The position numbers and the translations under genes were made by a program. Below, one piece after another: positions 49,171 through 57,522 of a DNA stretch of 58,531 bases (position 1 is the first letter of the stretch; each line of letters begins with the position of its first letter). Origin of the DNA: a virus. Its lineage: Duplodnaviria; Caudoviricetes. The stretch lies in IMG/VR virus record IMGVR_UViG_3300007760_000015, positions 1 through 58,531 of that record, one strand, 5' to 3'. The notes below the pieces were generated by a model. That model saw only the letters and a list, made by a program, of their open reading frames with translations. It was not told where the DNA came from and made no database searches.

Positions 49171-49392
49171 ATGTTAATAACATTAGGTTGGATATGGTTA
49201 GGAATTATTATAGGATTCTTGCTAGGTGCATTTGTAATAAGTATGTTAGCTAGTGGAAAACAAGCGGACTTGGAATCAGAGTTATTACATCTTAAATTCG
49301 TGAGAGATTCACTTAAAGATGAGATATTTAAGATAGATAATAGGGCTAAACCTAAACCCCGAAAAAAACGAAAAAACCCTACAAAAAAATAA
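49171..49392 (+). CDS. small membrane protein
   Basis: N-terminal hydrophobic helix, basic tail. Confidence 0.6.
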   Translation: MLITLGWIWLGIIIGFLLGAFVISMLASGKQADLESELLHLKFVRDSLKDEIFKIDNRAKPKPRKKRKNPTKK

Positions 49393-49536
49393 CACCAATT
49401 TCTCCAATTACTTTATATATATGATATTTATATATGAATGAAAATTAACTATTGAATCTTGTAAATTGGACTGTTTATATTAGTATTAAAGGTGATGCTA
49501 ATTATTTTTCAACTTGTAATAGATGGAAGTACAGTA

Positions 49537-49821
49537 ATGAATAAAAATGAAAAGCAGGATTTAGAACTCGTCTTATATCGTCTTGATGAACAAGATGAAA
49601 AAAGAGTACAATTGGAGACAGATATGGATAAGAAACTGAATGATATTCATGAGGACATTCGTTTCATTAAAGAAAGCTTATTCAATCCTAATGATGGATT
49701 ATGGGCTGAGGTACGTCAGAATACAAGGTTTCGTGAAAGTAGTGATAAATGGAGAACAATGACAGGCGCAGGTCTGATTACTTTAATAGGTAAGGCTATT
49801 TATGACTTCTTCATACATTAA
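49537..49821 (+). CDS. coiled-coil protein with C-terminal membrane anchor (holin/XhlA-like?)
   Basis: Heptad-rich N-terminus then GAGLITLIGKAIYDFF. Confidence 0.4.
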   Translation: MNKNEKQDLELVLYRLDEQDEKRVQLETDMDKKLNDIHEDIRFIKESLFNPNDGLWAEVRQNTRFRESSDKWRTMTGAGLITLIGKAIYDFFIH

Positions 49822-49845
49822 ATCGGAATAGTTAAAAAATAAAAT

Positions 49846-49875
49846 AACCCTCACTGTAAAAGGTGGGGGTTTTTT
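49846..49875 (+). terminator. intrinsic terminator
   Basis: ACCCTCAC/GTGGGGGT stem plus T-run. Confidence 0.75.
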
Positions 49876-49899
49876 GTTATATATAAGAAGGGGGAAACC

Positions 49900-49958
49900 G
49901 AATACGTGTATCGAATACGTGTGACACCAACACACCCGATAGGTGAATACGTGTATCG
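49900..49958. repeat. 3x GAATACGTGT direct repeat
   Basis: Copies at 49900, 49913 and 49945. Confidence 0.8.
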
Positions 49959-50005
49959 CTTATTCAATTCACATAAATGGGTAAAATCTTCTAATGAAGA
50001 TTTCA

Positions 50006-50086
50006 CCAGAAAAGTTTCAGCCTTCAGCCTTCACTTTTTGCCAGAAAAGTTTCAGCCTTCACTTTTTGCCAGAAAAGTTTCAGCCT
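50006..50086. repeat. ~28-bp tandem repeat CCAGAAAAGTTTCAGCCTTCACTTTTTG (about 2.7 copies)
   Basis: Units start at 50006, 50041 and 50069. Confidence 0.9.
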
Positions 50087-50578
50087 ATTGCTCTATTGAC
50101 TCTCATTGAGCTACTTTGTTGTTGTTTTAATTGGCTGGCTGTTAATTAGTTGGGATAATTCACAATGTTGGACACCTTAAACCAAAGGAGCTTCTAAATT
50201 AACTGACTTCTAATTAGCTGCTGTTAATTAAACTGTTTGTTGTCCAGAGAGTAGTGTTACTTCCCCCAGCTTGTTTAATTTCCCAAAGTAGCTTTTAATT
50301 AATTGTCATAGTTACTGAAATTCAATAGGGAATTCAATTAATTACAGAATTGGATGATGGCTGAGGGCTGTATTGTCCAATTTTCAACACTTCGTACTAC
50401 TTATTGATGATTGGAAGTTATATGAAAAGTGTTACATTAAAGCATCTATGTCTTTATGTCATACTTTTTATAGTATAAGAATTTTATAACACAAAAGTAT
50501 CATTGTATGTCATTTTGTCAAATTAGCCTACTCCAATCAGCTATATGTCAGCTTGTCATACCACAGGGAGAAATACAA

Positions 50579-51106
50579 GTGGCATTACCTAAAGTAAGTA
50601 GAAGTGAAATGATTTGGGCGATAAATGAAACTCAATCTATGAAGCAAGCCGCTAGATTGTTAGGTCTAGCGTATAATACATTTAAAAAGTACGCTAAGAT
50701 GTGGAATTTATGGCAACCTAAATCTGGTAAAGGAGTATCCAAGCGGGGTACTTTATGGCGTAAACCGTTGGAGCTTGAAGAGATATTTGCGGGCAAGAGT
50801 CCGAATTATAGTAATACTAAGCTTCTACATAACTTATTCAGAGAGAAATACTTTAAGGAGGAGTGTTGTAATTGTGGATATGATACATACAGAGCCTCTG
50901 ATATGAGTAAGCCGCTGTTATTGGACTATCTGGATGATGATTCGACTAATAAGGAGCTTACTAACTTGAGGGTATTGTGTTTTAATTGTTTTTATGTCAT
51001 GAAAGGTATGCGGTTGAAGGTAAAAACTCCCAAGAATGTCCGGCAATTTAAGAATGCAGTAGCAGATTTATTTTCTCCAGCCCCAAACGACAAACAAATA
51101 GAGTAG
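50579..51106 (+). CDS. HTH plus degenerate HNH (Zn-binding) protein
   Basis: SMKQAARLLGLAYNTFKKYA HTH; CCNCG..LLLDYLDDDSTN....NLRVLCFNCF; GTG start after GGGAG. Confidence 0.75.
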   Translation: MALPKVSRSEMIWAINETQSMKQAARLLGLAYNTFKKYAKMWNLWQPKSGKGVSKRGTLWRKPLELEEIFAGKSPNYSNTKLLHNLFREKYFKEECCNCGYDTYRASDMSKPLLLDYLDDDSTNKELTNLRVLCFNCFYVMKGMRLKVKTPKNVRQFKNAVADLFSPAPNDKQIE

Positions 51107-51148
51107 TAAATCCTAACTAATCCGCTATCTGGAGCAGATCGCCACCCT

Positions 51149-51177
51149 AATTTACATCAAATATTTGAGAAAGTCAA
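51149..51177 (-). promoter_or_regulatory. minus-strand sigma70-type promoter
   Basis: Reverse complement TTGACT-N17-TAAATT. Confidence 0.65.
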
Positions 51178-51263
51178 GCCTTTTCGGACAAAAACTTACT
51201 TTTTATTAATTGATTGGAGGAAGTAATCCCAGTCAAATAGGCTTATATTACAAATAAACCTAT

Positions 51264-51292
51264 AATTTACCACCTTTTTTTGACAAATACAA
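51264..51292 (-). promoter_or_regulatory. minus-strand sigma70-type promoter
   Basis: Reverse complement TTGTAT-N17-TAAATT. Confidence 0.5.
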
Positions 51293-51335
51293 GCCTTTTT
51301 TTCAATTATTTTAGCTATTTTCTTAAAGAAAAGGC

Positions 51336-51364
51336 TTGACTTTCTCATATTTTTGTTGTAAGAT
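51336..51364 (+). promoter_or_regulatory. sigma70-type early promoter
   Basis: TTGACT-N17-TAAGAT. Confidence 0.65.
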
Positions 51365-51488
51365 CAGTATAGATAGAGTACAGAACATTTTGAAGTGAGT
51401 TGCTCTATTGAGTGGGGTTTGATGGTAAGACTACTCATTTGGAAACCATAGTTGTAAGGGTGGGTGGGCAAGCAATTAAAAAAAAAGC

Positions 51489-51517
51489 TTGACTTGTTCA
51501 GGTATTATGTGTATATT
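51489..51517 (+). promoter_or_regulatory. sigma70-type early promoter
   Basis: A-tract then TTGACT-N17-TATATT. Confidence 0.7.
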
Positions 51518-51543
51518 TAGGTGAAATGAGAAAGGAATTAAAA

Positions 51544-51726
51544 ATGAAAAATCTTAAAGAACTTAAAAAGATGAAACCCAAGGCTCTCAAGAAGGAACTT
51601 AAGCAATATGGTGGTAGAGAGTTATTCGTAACGTATAATGAAATGAAATATACTGACCGGCATTCTAAGGTTGGTAAAGCTATGTTTAATGCTGTAATGG
51701 AAGCCTCTGGCAGTTATAGTAAATAA
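51544..51726 (+). CDS. small early hypothetical protein
   Basis: AAGGA RBS, downstream of promoter. Confidence 0.55.
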   Translation: MKNLKELKKMKPKALKKELKQYGGRELFVTYNEMKYTDRHSKVGKAMFNAVMEASGSYSK

Positions 51727-51779
51727 ACTATTGTATTTCAGAAATTTAGATACTATATATTACCGGAGAGAAGATTTTA

Positions 51780-51850
51780 AGGGCTGATTAGATACAGTAT
51801 ACCACATCCGTTTCCTCCTTTTTGGATGTCAATTGAGTATCATCAGCCCT
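51780..51850 (+). ncRNA. candidate hairpin sRNA with an anti-Shine-Dalgarno loop
   Basis: Nested stems AGGGCTGAT/ATCAGCCCT, GATAC/GTATC, ACATCC/GGATGT; loop contains TTTCCTCCTT. Confidence 0.45.
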
Positions 51851-52110
51851 ATATTTATGATCACCAATCGTGGGTCCCAGCCATGTAGGCATTAATTCAT
51901 GTGACTGGCAGAGCGCCCAAATAATCCAAACTAATTCCATCGTGTAATTAGAGGCTCTCCTGTCTGGTTCTCAAATAGACTGTTTCACGTGCCTGGGAAG
52001 CTAAAATACCGGCGGACTATCTTAAAAATGGCTAAAATTAAATCAGCGCAAGCTGCTCAAAAACATTTCGGACTATACTATTTATTATTATACTCAGAGG
52101 GAAAGCTAAC

Positions 52111-52308
52111 GTGAAAGAAAAAGAAGAATACCTACCATACATACTTGCTAAATTAGAAGATGATGTTATACTACTATGGAACACCGGTCAAGTAGTAGAG
52201 GTAATTAATAATGACCTTGAGTATATCACACTAATACTATTAGCCGTTTACCACGAAAGAGATTACTGGCAATCCATAGGGCTTACCATCGGCGAAGCCT
52301 CAAATTAA
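52111..52308 (+). CDS. hypothetical protein
   Basis: GTG start after GAGGG, 65 aa. Confidence 0.45.
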   Translation: MKEKEEYLPYILAKLEDDVILLWNTGQVVEVINNDLEYITLILLAVYHERDYWQSIGLTIGEASN

Positions 52309-52438
52309 GAGTTAGGGTGGCTTGTAACAAGAAAGCTACAGGAAAGGAAGCCTGGACAGGTAGAATGGGGGGGATGGCTAACTATACAATACAGGTGGGG
52401 GGCATTTAATCGTTAATCGCAAAAGTATGACAATATGA

Positions 52439-52480
52439 CAGGCTCGCCATACCTGTTTTCATATCGAGCCTGGTTTTTTT
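52439..52480 (+). terminator. probable intrinsic terminator
   Basis: CAGGCTCG/CGAGCCTG stem plus T7. Confidence 0.55.
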
Positions 52481-52550
52481 CTCTATAGAAAATGATACTT
52501 TCCCTATATCACTTCGTGATAAAAATAAAAGAGCGTAATTAATTAATGTA

Positions 52551-52618
52551 ATTCACTTATAGCCTATTCACTTATAGCCTATTCACTTATTAAGAGCCTA
52601 TTCATTTATTGAGAGCCT
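52551..52618. repeat. tandem ATTCACTTAT(N0-4)AGCCT array, 4 copies
   Basis: Units at 52551, 52566, 52581 and 52600. Confidence 0.85.
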
Positions 52619-52637
52619 AAATTATTTAAAATAGTTC

Positions 52638-52666
52638 TTGACTTTATCATATATTATATGTAAGTT
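52638..52666 (+). promoter_or_regulatory. sigma70-type early promoter
   Basis: TTGACT-N17-TAAGTT. Confidence 0.6.
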
Positions 52667-52686
52667 CGGGTGTTATGAGAAAGGAT

Positions 52687-53109
52687 ATGTCAGTGAAAAC
52701 AGTTAAACAGTTAAATCATATTTATAATGACCTCGATTATCTGGAGGTTAATAATAGTTATAGAGAGTTTATTGGTAGTATGCATTCCGCATTAGTTAAT
52801 GGTAGGAAGGTTACTCCTAAGATGTCAAGTGCTATTAATGGTGTTATAGAAAGGTATAAGAAGTATCTGTATAAGATAAATAATTCTGATTATATAAAGA
52901 ACCGAACTGCATTAGTCGAGAAGGTTGATAAAGTTATTTATTATTTAGATACCGCAGAATACTCAAGTAATTTCAAGTATGAAAGGGAATCTTTTTTAAG
53001 TTCGTTACGGAAGCAAGCTTATAGAAATGGTACTCTTTCTCCCAAGCAAAAGAAAGCGTTGAATAAGATGTATAAACAGTTTAAGAAAAAAGTTGAAAAT
53101 AAGTCTTGA
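52687..53109 (+). CDS. early hypothetical protein
   Basis: Two internal F..S.......G..L(T/S)PK repeats; AAGGA RBS. Confidence 0.6.
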   Translation: MSVKTVKQLNHIYNDLDYLEVNNSYREFIGSMHSALVNGRKVTPKMSSAINGVIERYKKYLYKINNSDYIKNRTALVEKVDKVIYYLDTAEYSSNFKYERESFLSSLRKQAYRNGTLSPKQKKALNKMYKQFKKKVENKS

Positions 53110-53134
53110 CTTTATCAATTATTGTTTGTATATT
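53106..53134 (+). promoter_or_regulatory. sigma70-type early promoter
   Basis: TTGACT-N17-TATATT. Confidence 0.7.
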
Positions 53135-53161
53135 TAGTCGAAATGAAAAAAGGAAATAAAA

Positions 53162-53638
53162 ATGAGATTTACCGAAATAGATAGAACATTTGAAGGAACT
53201 GTTCCAGAAGGAACAGATTTAATCGTAGTAGAAAAAGTTGATGTAGATAATGGAACATTCAAATCAGCAATGGCGTTATACGGATTTGATGAAGTTGGAA
53301 TGTTCACAGAAACTACAATGCAATACGTTTATCCAGTTTACGGATTTTTAAAAATAGAAACAAAAGAGGAAAATGAAATGAATGCACTTTCAGTATCAAT
53401 ACACAATAATGAATTAGAAGTAATACCATCAAACGATAATGGGTTTGATTTTCTATATGATGAGGAGTTTGAATACTTTGATGAAGATAGTAATCAAGAA
53501 TTAGATGTCCATTGGAATATCAAGTTAGGTGATGTGATAATCACAAATGTAAATGGAATGAGTGGAGATGAGTTCTATCACGACTTTACAGATACGGCTG
53601 TTGAAATTATTGATTATATTAATACAGAGTTTTTTTAA
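53162..53638 (+). CDS. acidic early hypothetical protein
   Basis: AAGGA RBS after promoter. Confidence 0.6.
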   Translation: MRFTEIDRTFEGTVPEGTDLIVVEKVDVDNGTFKSAMALYGFDEVGMFTETTMQYVYPVYGFLKIETKEENEMNALSVSIHNNELEVIPSNDNGFDFLYDEEFEYFDEDSNQELDVHWNIKLGDVIITNVNGMSGDEFYHDFTDTAVEIIDYINTEFF

Positions 53639-53646
53639 AAAAAGAC

Positions 53647-53675
53647 TTGACATTAACAAATATTATTCGTAAGAT
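53647..53675 (+). promoter_or_regulatory. sigma70-type early promoter
   Basis: TTGACA-N17-TAAGAT. Confidence 0.7.
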
Positions 53676-53704
53676 CAGTTGTAACAAAAAAGGAAACTAA
53701 ACAA

Positions 53705-54112
53705 ATGGCATATTACTCACAAGATAGAAAAAAATCAGTTGCTCCAAAGGTGAGAACATTACTTAAAGAATACGGACTTAAAGGTTCATTGTCTGTTGAT
53801 AATTATTCCACAGTTGTATTAACTATTAGAGAAGGAAAGTTAGACTTCATTCGTAACTATAACGAAATGGTAGAAACTCCAAACTCAATGAATAGCAATC
53901 CAATACACACAGATGGTTATATGAATGTAAATGTATATTGGTATAAAGACCACTTCTCCGGTAAAGTTAAAGAATTCTTTACTAAAATATTAAGAGTTCT
54001 TAATGAGGGAAACCATAACAATTCAGATGCAATGACTGACTACTTTGATGTGGGTTGGTATGTTGATGTTAATGTTGGTCGTTGGGATAAAAATTATAAG
54101 TTGGTTAGATAA
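53705..54112 (+). CDS. conserved phage early hypothetical protein
   Basis: MAYYSQ..GLKGSLSV..NSDAMTDYFDVGWYVDVNVGRWDK. Confidence 0.7.
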   Translation: MAYYSQDRKKSVAPKVRTLLKEYGLKGSLSVDNYSTVVLTIREGKLDFIRNYNEMVETPNSMNSNPIHTDGYMNVNVYWYKDHFSGKVKEFFTKILRVLNEGNHNNSDAMTDYFDVGWYVDVNVGRWDKNYKLVR

Positions 54113-54113
54113 A

Positions 54114-54446
54114 ATGAGTGATAAAAAAGAAGCAGGTAAAACATTAGCTAAAAAGTTCCGTAAAGAATTATCTACTATTATGAGTAAAATGGGATTTAAA
54201 ATATCCGTTACTACCAAATATAAATATTGGGAAACTGACATTAATGTTACTATTAAAGAAGTACCCAAAAATTTTCCAGTTTGGGAAAGAGAATATAGTA
54301 CATGGGATAAAACTGAAAAGGCTAAACGATTACGGGAAACCATTGAAAGTAGATTTGAATCTATTAAAGAGAATCATGAATTTCAAATTTATATGAATTT
54401 AAATGTAATGTTTGATAGTAACATTCCTTATATAGAAATTTCTTAG
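54114..54446 (+). CDS. hypothetical protein
   Basis: MSDKKEAGKTLAKKFRKEL.. Confidence 0.55.
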   Translation: MSDKKEAGKTLAKKFRKELSTIMSKMGFKISVTTKYKYWETDINVTIKEVPKNFPVWEREYSTWDKTEKAKRLRETIESRFESIKENHEFQIYMNLNVMFDSNIPYIEIS

Positions 54447-54518
54447 AAAATCCAAAATAAAAAAAATACTTTCAGTATAATAAGAGATACTTATATATTA
54501 GATAAACGAAAGATAATT

Positions 54519-55505
54519 ATGGCAAAGAAAAAAAATAAACTTGAAGAATTAAGGAGTAATTTACGAATGAAAGAACTGCAAGAATTACCTTATTATGAGG
54601 GCCCAGATGATCATTACGCTACAAGAGCTGATGAAGAATATGAAAATTTTTATACTCAATATTCATCAGAGGGTTCTACACTATATAGACCTGTACCGGC
54701 TACGAGGCCTGTACTACCACCTGGCTTTTATGAAGCTGGGGCTGATAATATGGGTATTTATGTAGATAAGAAAGACCATAACAGTAATGAGTTAATTAGA
54801 TTTCCAGATAGTGTAGCTGATTCTGTTATTGGAGAGTTTGAAAAATTTTGGTCAATGCATGATGAATATATTCGCCGTGGTGAACATCATAAACGTGGGT
54901 TTTTATTGTGGGGTCCTCCTGGCGGAGGAAAAACATCTACTGTATCTTTTATTATTCAAGACTTTATTAAATCGGGAAACATTGTATTAGATTTCAGTTA
55001 TCATATAATAGAAACGCTCCGTCAAATTAGAATGGTAGAACCACATAGAAAAGTATTAGTGGTAATGGAAGATATAGATAGTATTATCAGAAGCGCAGAT
55101 ATGGAACAAATAGTACTTCAGTTTTTGGATGGCGCTGTACCACATAAGAATACTATTGTGATAGCTACAACAAACTACCCCGAACAGTTACCGGACCGGA
55201 TAATTAATAGACCCTCTCGTTTTGATAGAGTAAGTTATATTGGCGTTCCAACTAAACTGCATAGGGAAATATATATCAAGGAGAAATCCAAAGCAAAAAG
55301 ATCGCAGAAGGCTTTGAATAAAATGATTAAAGATACCGATGGTTTTACGTTAGCACATATCAAGGAACTTATCTTAGCCGTTGAAGTGTTCGGGTTGGCG
55401 TATGACGAAACTTTAGAACGTCTTAACAAAATGAGAAAGCGTACCGAACATAGTAACGATTATGAAGATGATTTAAGGGGGAAACATGACTCACTCGGAT
55501 TCTAA
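54519..55505 (+). CDS. AAA+ ATPase
   Basis: RGFLLWGPPGGGKT, VMEDID, ATTNYPE, RPSRFDR. Confidence 0.9.
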   Translation: MAKKKNKLEELRSNLRMKELQELPYYEGPDDHYATRADEEYENFYTQYSSEGSTLYRPVPATRPVLPPGFYEAGADNMGIYVDKKDHNSNELIRFPDSVADSVIGEFEKFWSMHDEYIRRGEHHKRGFLLWGPPGGGKTSTVSFIIQDFIKSGNIVLDFSYHIIETLRQIRMVEPHRKVLVVMEDIDSIIRSADMEQIVLQFLDGAVPHKNTIVIATTNYPEQLPDRIINRPSRFDRVSYIGVPTKLHREIYIKEKSKAKRSQKALNKMIKDTDGFTLAHIKELILAVEVFGLAYDETLERLNKMRKRTEHSNDYEDDLRGKHDSLGF

Positions 55506-55764
55506 AGGAAGTTGGGGAAGAGTTGTAGCGACAAATTCTGATGGTACACCGTTTGTCCGTATCAAGAATGAACATCTAATTAAGAAACGAAAAACTATTA
55601 AACGACACAAGTCAATTAAAATATTACTGTTATCCATACCATGGTTTATATTTACTATTGCATGGAATTACATATTTCCAGAAGCGTCACCATTTGATGA
55701 TGTCTTTATGGCGACTTGCCTTTATTTTTTTAGTAGAAGCTTTATTGGAAGATTTTTCGATTGA
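55486..55764 (+). CDS. small membrane protein
   Basis: Two hydrophobic segments. Confidence 0.5.
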   Translation: MTHSDSKGSWGRVVATNSDGTPFVRIKNEHLIKKRKTIKRHKSIKILLLSIPWFIFTIAWNYIFPEASPFDDVFMATCLYFFSRSFIGRFFD

Positions 55765-55805
55765 AGGAGATAATCAAATAACAATAAACATATAGGAGAA
55801 ATAAT

Positions 55806-56048
55806 ATGTTAAGTTACTTAAACAACAAATACAAAACAAAACAACAAAGAGAAACTCTATTTGATAGAATAGTGGGAACTCTTGCACTCATCGGATTTAC
55901 GTCTTATATTATATTTGAATTTAGATTGGATATAGTACACTTTATTCCAATAACCATTATAATATACCTACTTTGGCGTGGTATGATAAACGTAGTAAAG
56001 AGTGTAGTAAGTTGGGTGCATGATGGAACAGATGAATTCAGTATATAG
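55806..56048 (+). CDS. small membrane protein
   Basis: AGGAG RBS, two predicted TM segments. Confidence 0.6.
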   Translation: MLSYLNNKYKTKQQRETLFDRIVGTLALIGFTSYIIFEFRLDIVHFIPITIIIYLLWRGMINVVKSVVSWVHDGTDEFSI

Positions 56049-56286
56049 TATTACAATTACGGTTACTAATGTTCGGCGTGCTGTTAAGTGGTACGCTGAA
56101 CATTTTGATTGTAAAGTTATAGATGAAGAAAATGGGATACTAGAGTTTGATAATATTAAGTTAGTATTATCTAAACTACAAGATAATCCACCACATTTAA
56201 CATTTGTTAGTGATACAATAGAAGATGAAAAATTTGATCACGATACATTTGGAAATATAATTAAATATATAGGAGAAAAAAAATGA
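56020..56286 (+). CDS. glyoxalase/VOC-family small protein
   Basis: ITVTNVRRAVKWY..FD, HLTF, DTFGNII. Confidence 0.7.
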   Translation: MMEQMNSVYSITITVTNVRRAVKWYAEHFDCKVIDEENGILEFDNIKLVLSKLQDNPPHLTFVSDTIEDEKFDHDTFGNIIKYIGEKK

Positions 56287-56483
56287 AAGTAAGAACAGAT
56301 GATGCGCCTGTTATGGATTTAGGTACAATGCTTGAAATCGTCAATAGCGCACAATTAGCAGTTGGTGAAACAAAACAATTTAAACTTGATGATGAGTTTT
56401 TTGATATGATTTCAATAGAGTTACAAAATTGGGAATATCTAATGGGGTTAATTCCAATACCAATGAAATTAGCAAAGGCATAA
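56283..56483 (+). CDS. hypothetical protein
   Basis: AGGAG RBS, 66 aa. Confidence 0.5.
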   Translation: MKVRTDDAPVMDLGTMLEIVNSAQLAVGETKQFKLDDEFFDMISIELQNWEYLMGLIPIPMKLAKA

Positions 56484-56485
56484 TC

Positions 56486-56698
56486 ATGAAAGAGATACAG
56501 AAGAATAGTAGAGAGGTCATACGGATAAGTGAATCCGAATATGAAGGTCATAAGTTTGTAGACTTGAGAATATGGTATAGTGATAATGGTGAATATAAAC
56601 CCACTAAGAAAGGTATATCATTTAACCCGACATTAGCTAAAGAAGTAGTTGAAGGAATTTTAGATGTAGTTGAAAAATTTAATTGGGATAACTTTTAA
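56486..56698 (+). CDS. PC4/YdbC-like ssDNA-binding protein
   Basis: EYEGHKFVDLRIWY....YKPTKKGIS. Confidence 0.85.
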   Translation: MKEIQKNSREVIRISESEYEGHKFVDLRIWYSDNGEYKPTKKGISFNPTLAKEVVEGILDVVEKFNWDNF

Positions 56699-56759
56699 AG
56701 AAAATTTTTAAATTGTATATTTATATATGAAGTATACTATAATTTCGGAGAACAGTTCC

Positions 56760-57512
56760 ATGACAGATAAAATTAAGGAAGTAATTAAAGAGTTACAACT
56801 TAACGAAAACCCAGCGGCTATGGCAGCAGCATCAATGGCATCTATTAAAATAAAGAATCCAAAGACAGGCAAAGAGAATTCTGCGGTTACAGCTCTCCGT
56901 GATAAAGATCACCCCAATCATAAAAAAGCAAAAGGTATATTTTCTCGTTTAAAAGATAAGTTTTCCAAAAAGAAAAAAGATACTCCAAAAAAACAATCTA
57001 AAGCTGATGGTGATTTTTATGCAAAGCAAATGGGATTTAAAAGAGAATCCATAGAATCTAAACTCCGTAATATGATTAGAAAAGAGTTACAATCCATAAA
57101 CGAAGCCACCGGCAAAGAAAAGGTATTTATGCAAAATGGATTTTTATGGATTTCGTGGTCAACTGGAAGTGGTTCAACTACCAGAATGAGAGGTAGAGGA
57201 TTTGTTACCGATAAAAAAGGTGATAAAAATTTTGATTCTGATGCTACACAATTTGCACAATGGGCAAAGAAAAATAAACCAATTAAAAAACAGAAACAAC
57301 ATAATGGTAGTATTATGTATTTATTCAAAATACCAGAATACATTAGAGGAATTGATAGTAGAGATTTAAGTGTTTGGGGTGGTGAAGTTAAGCCAAATAA
57401 ATGGGTATATTTAATGGTATCGTCAGGTAAAATAAATGTAATTACTGTATTTCACTCAAAAGCTGAGGCGATGTCTTGGTTTAATACTACGAGTAGTGCC
57501 GATGATAAATAG
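56760..57512 (+). CDS. probable head-internal protein
   Basis: IKEVIKELQLNE and LRNMIRKELQSINE helices; upstream TATATTTAT motif. Confidence 0.5.
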   Translation: MTDKIKEVIKELQLNENPAAMAAASMASIKIKNPKTGKENSAVTALRDKDHPNHKKAKGIFSRLKDKFSKKKKDTPKKQSKADGDFYAKQMGFKRESIESKLRNMIRKELQSINEATGKEKVFMQNGFLWISWSTGSGSTTRMRGRGFVTDKKGDKNFDSDATQFAQWAKKNKPIKKQKQHNGSIMYLFKIPEYIRGIDSRDLSVWGGEVKPNKWVYLMVSSGKINVITVFHSKAEAMSWFNTTSSADDK

Positions 57513-57522
57513 GAGTAACAAA

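Noticed and set aside
49906-50109. 67-aa + ORF
   Set aside because: It is a translation of the repeat arrays with no coding signal
51730-52500. tRNA or tmRNA genes
   Set aside because: No cloverleaf or T-loop GTTCRA with acceptor stem was recognised
49900-52618. CRISPR array
   Set aside because: The repeats are tandem without unique spacers; the Cas4-like nuclease at 31349 is a common stand-alone phage gene
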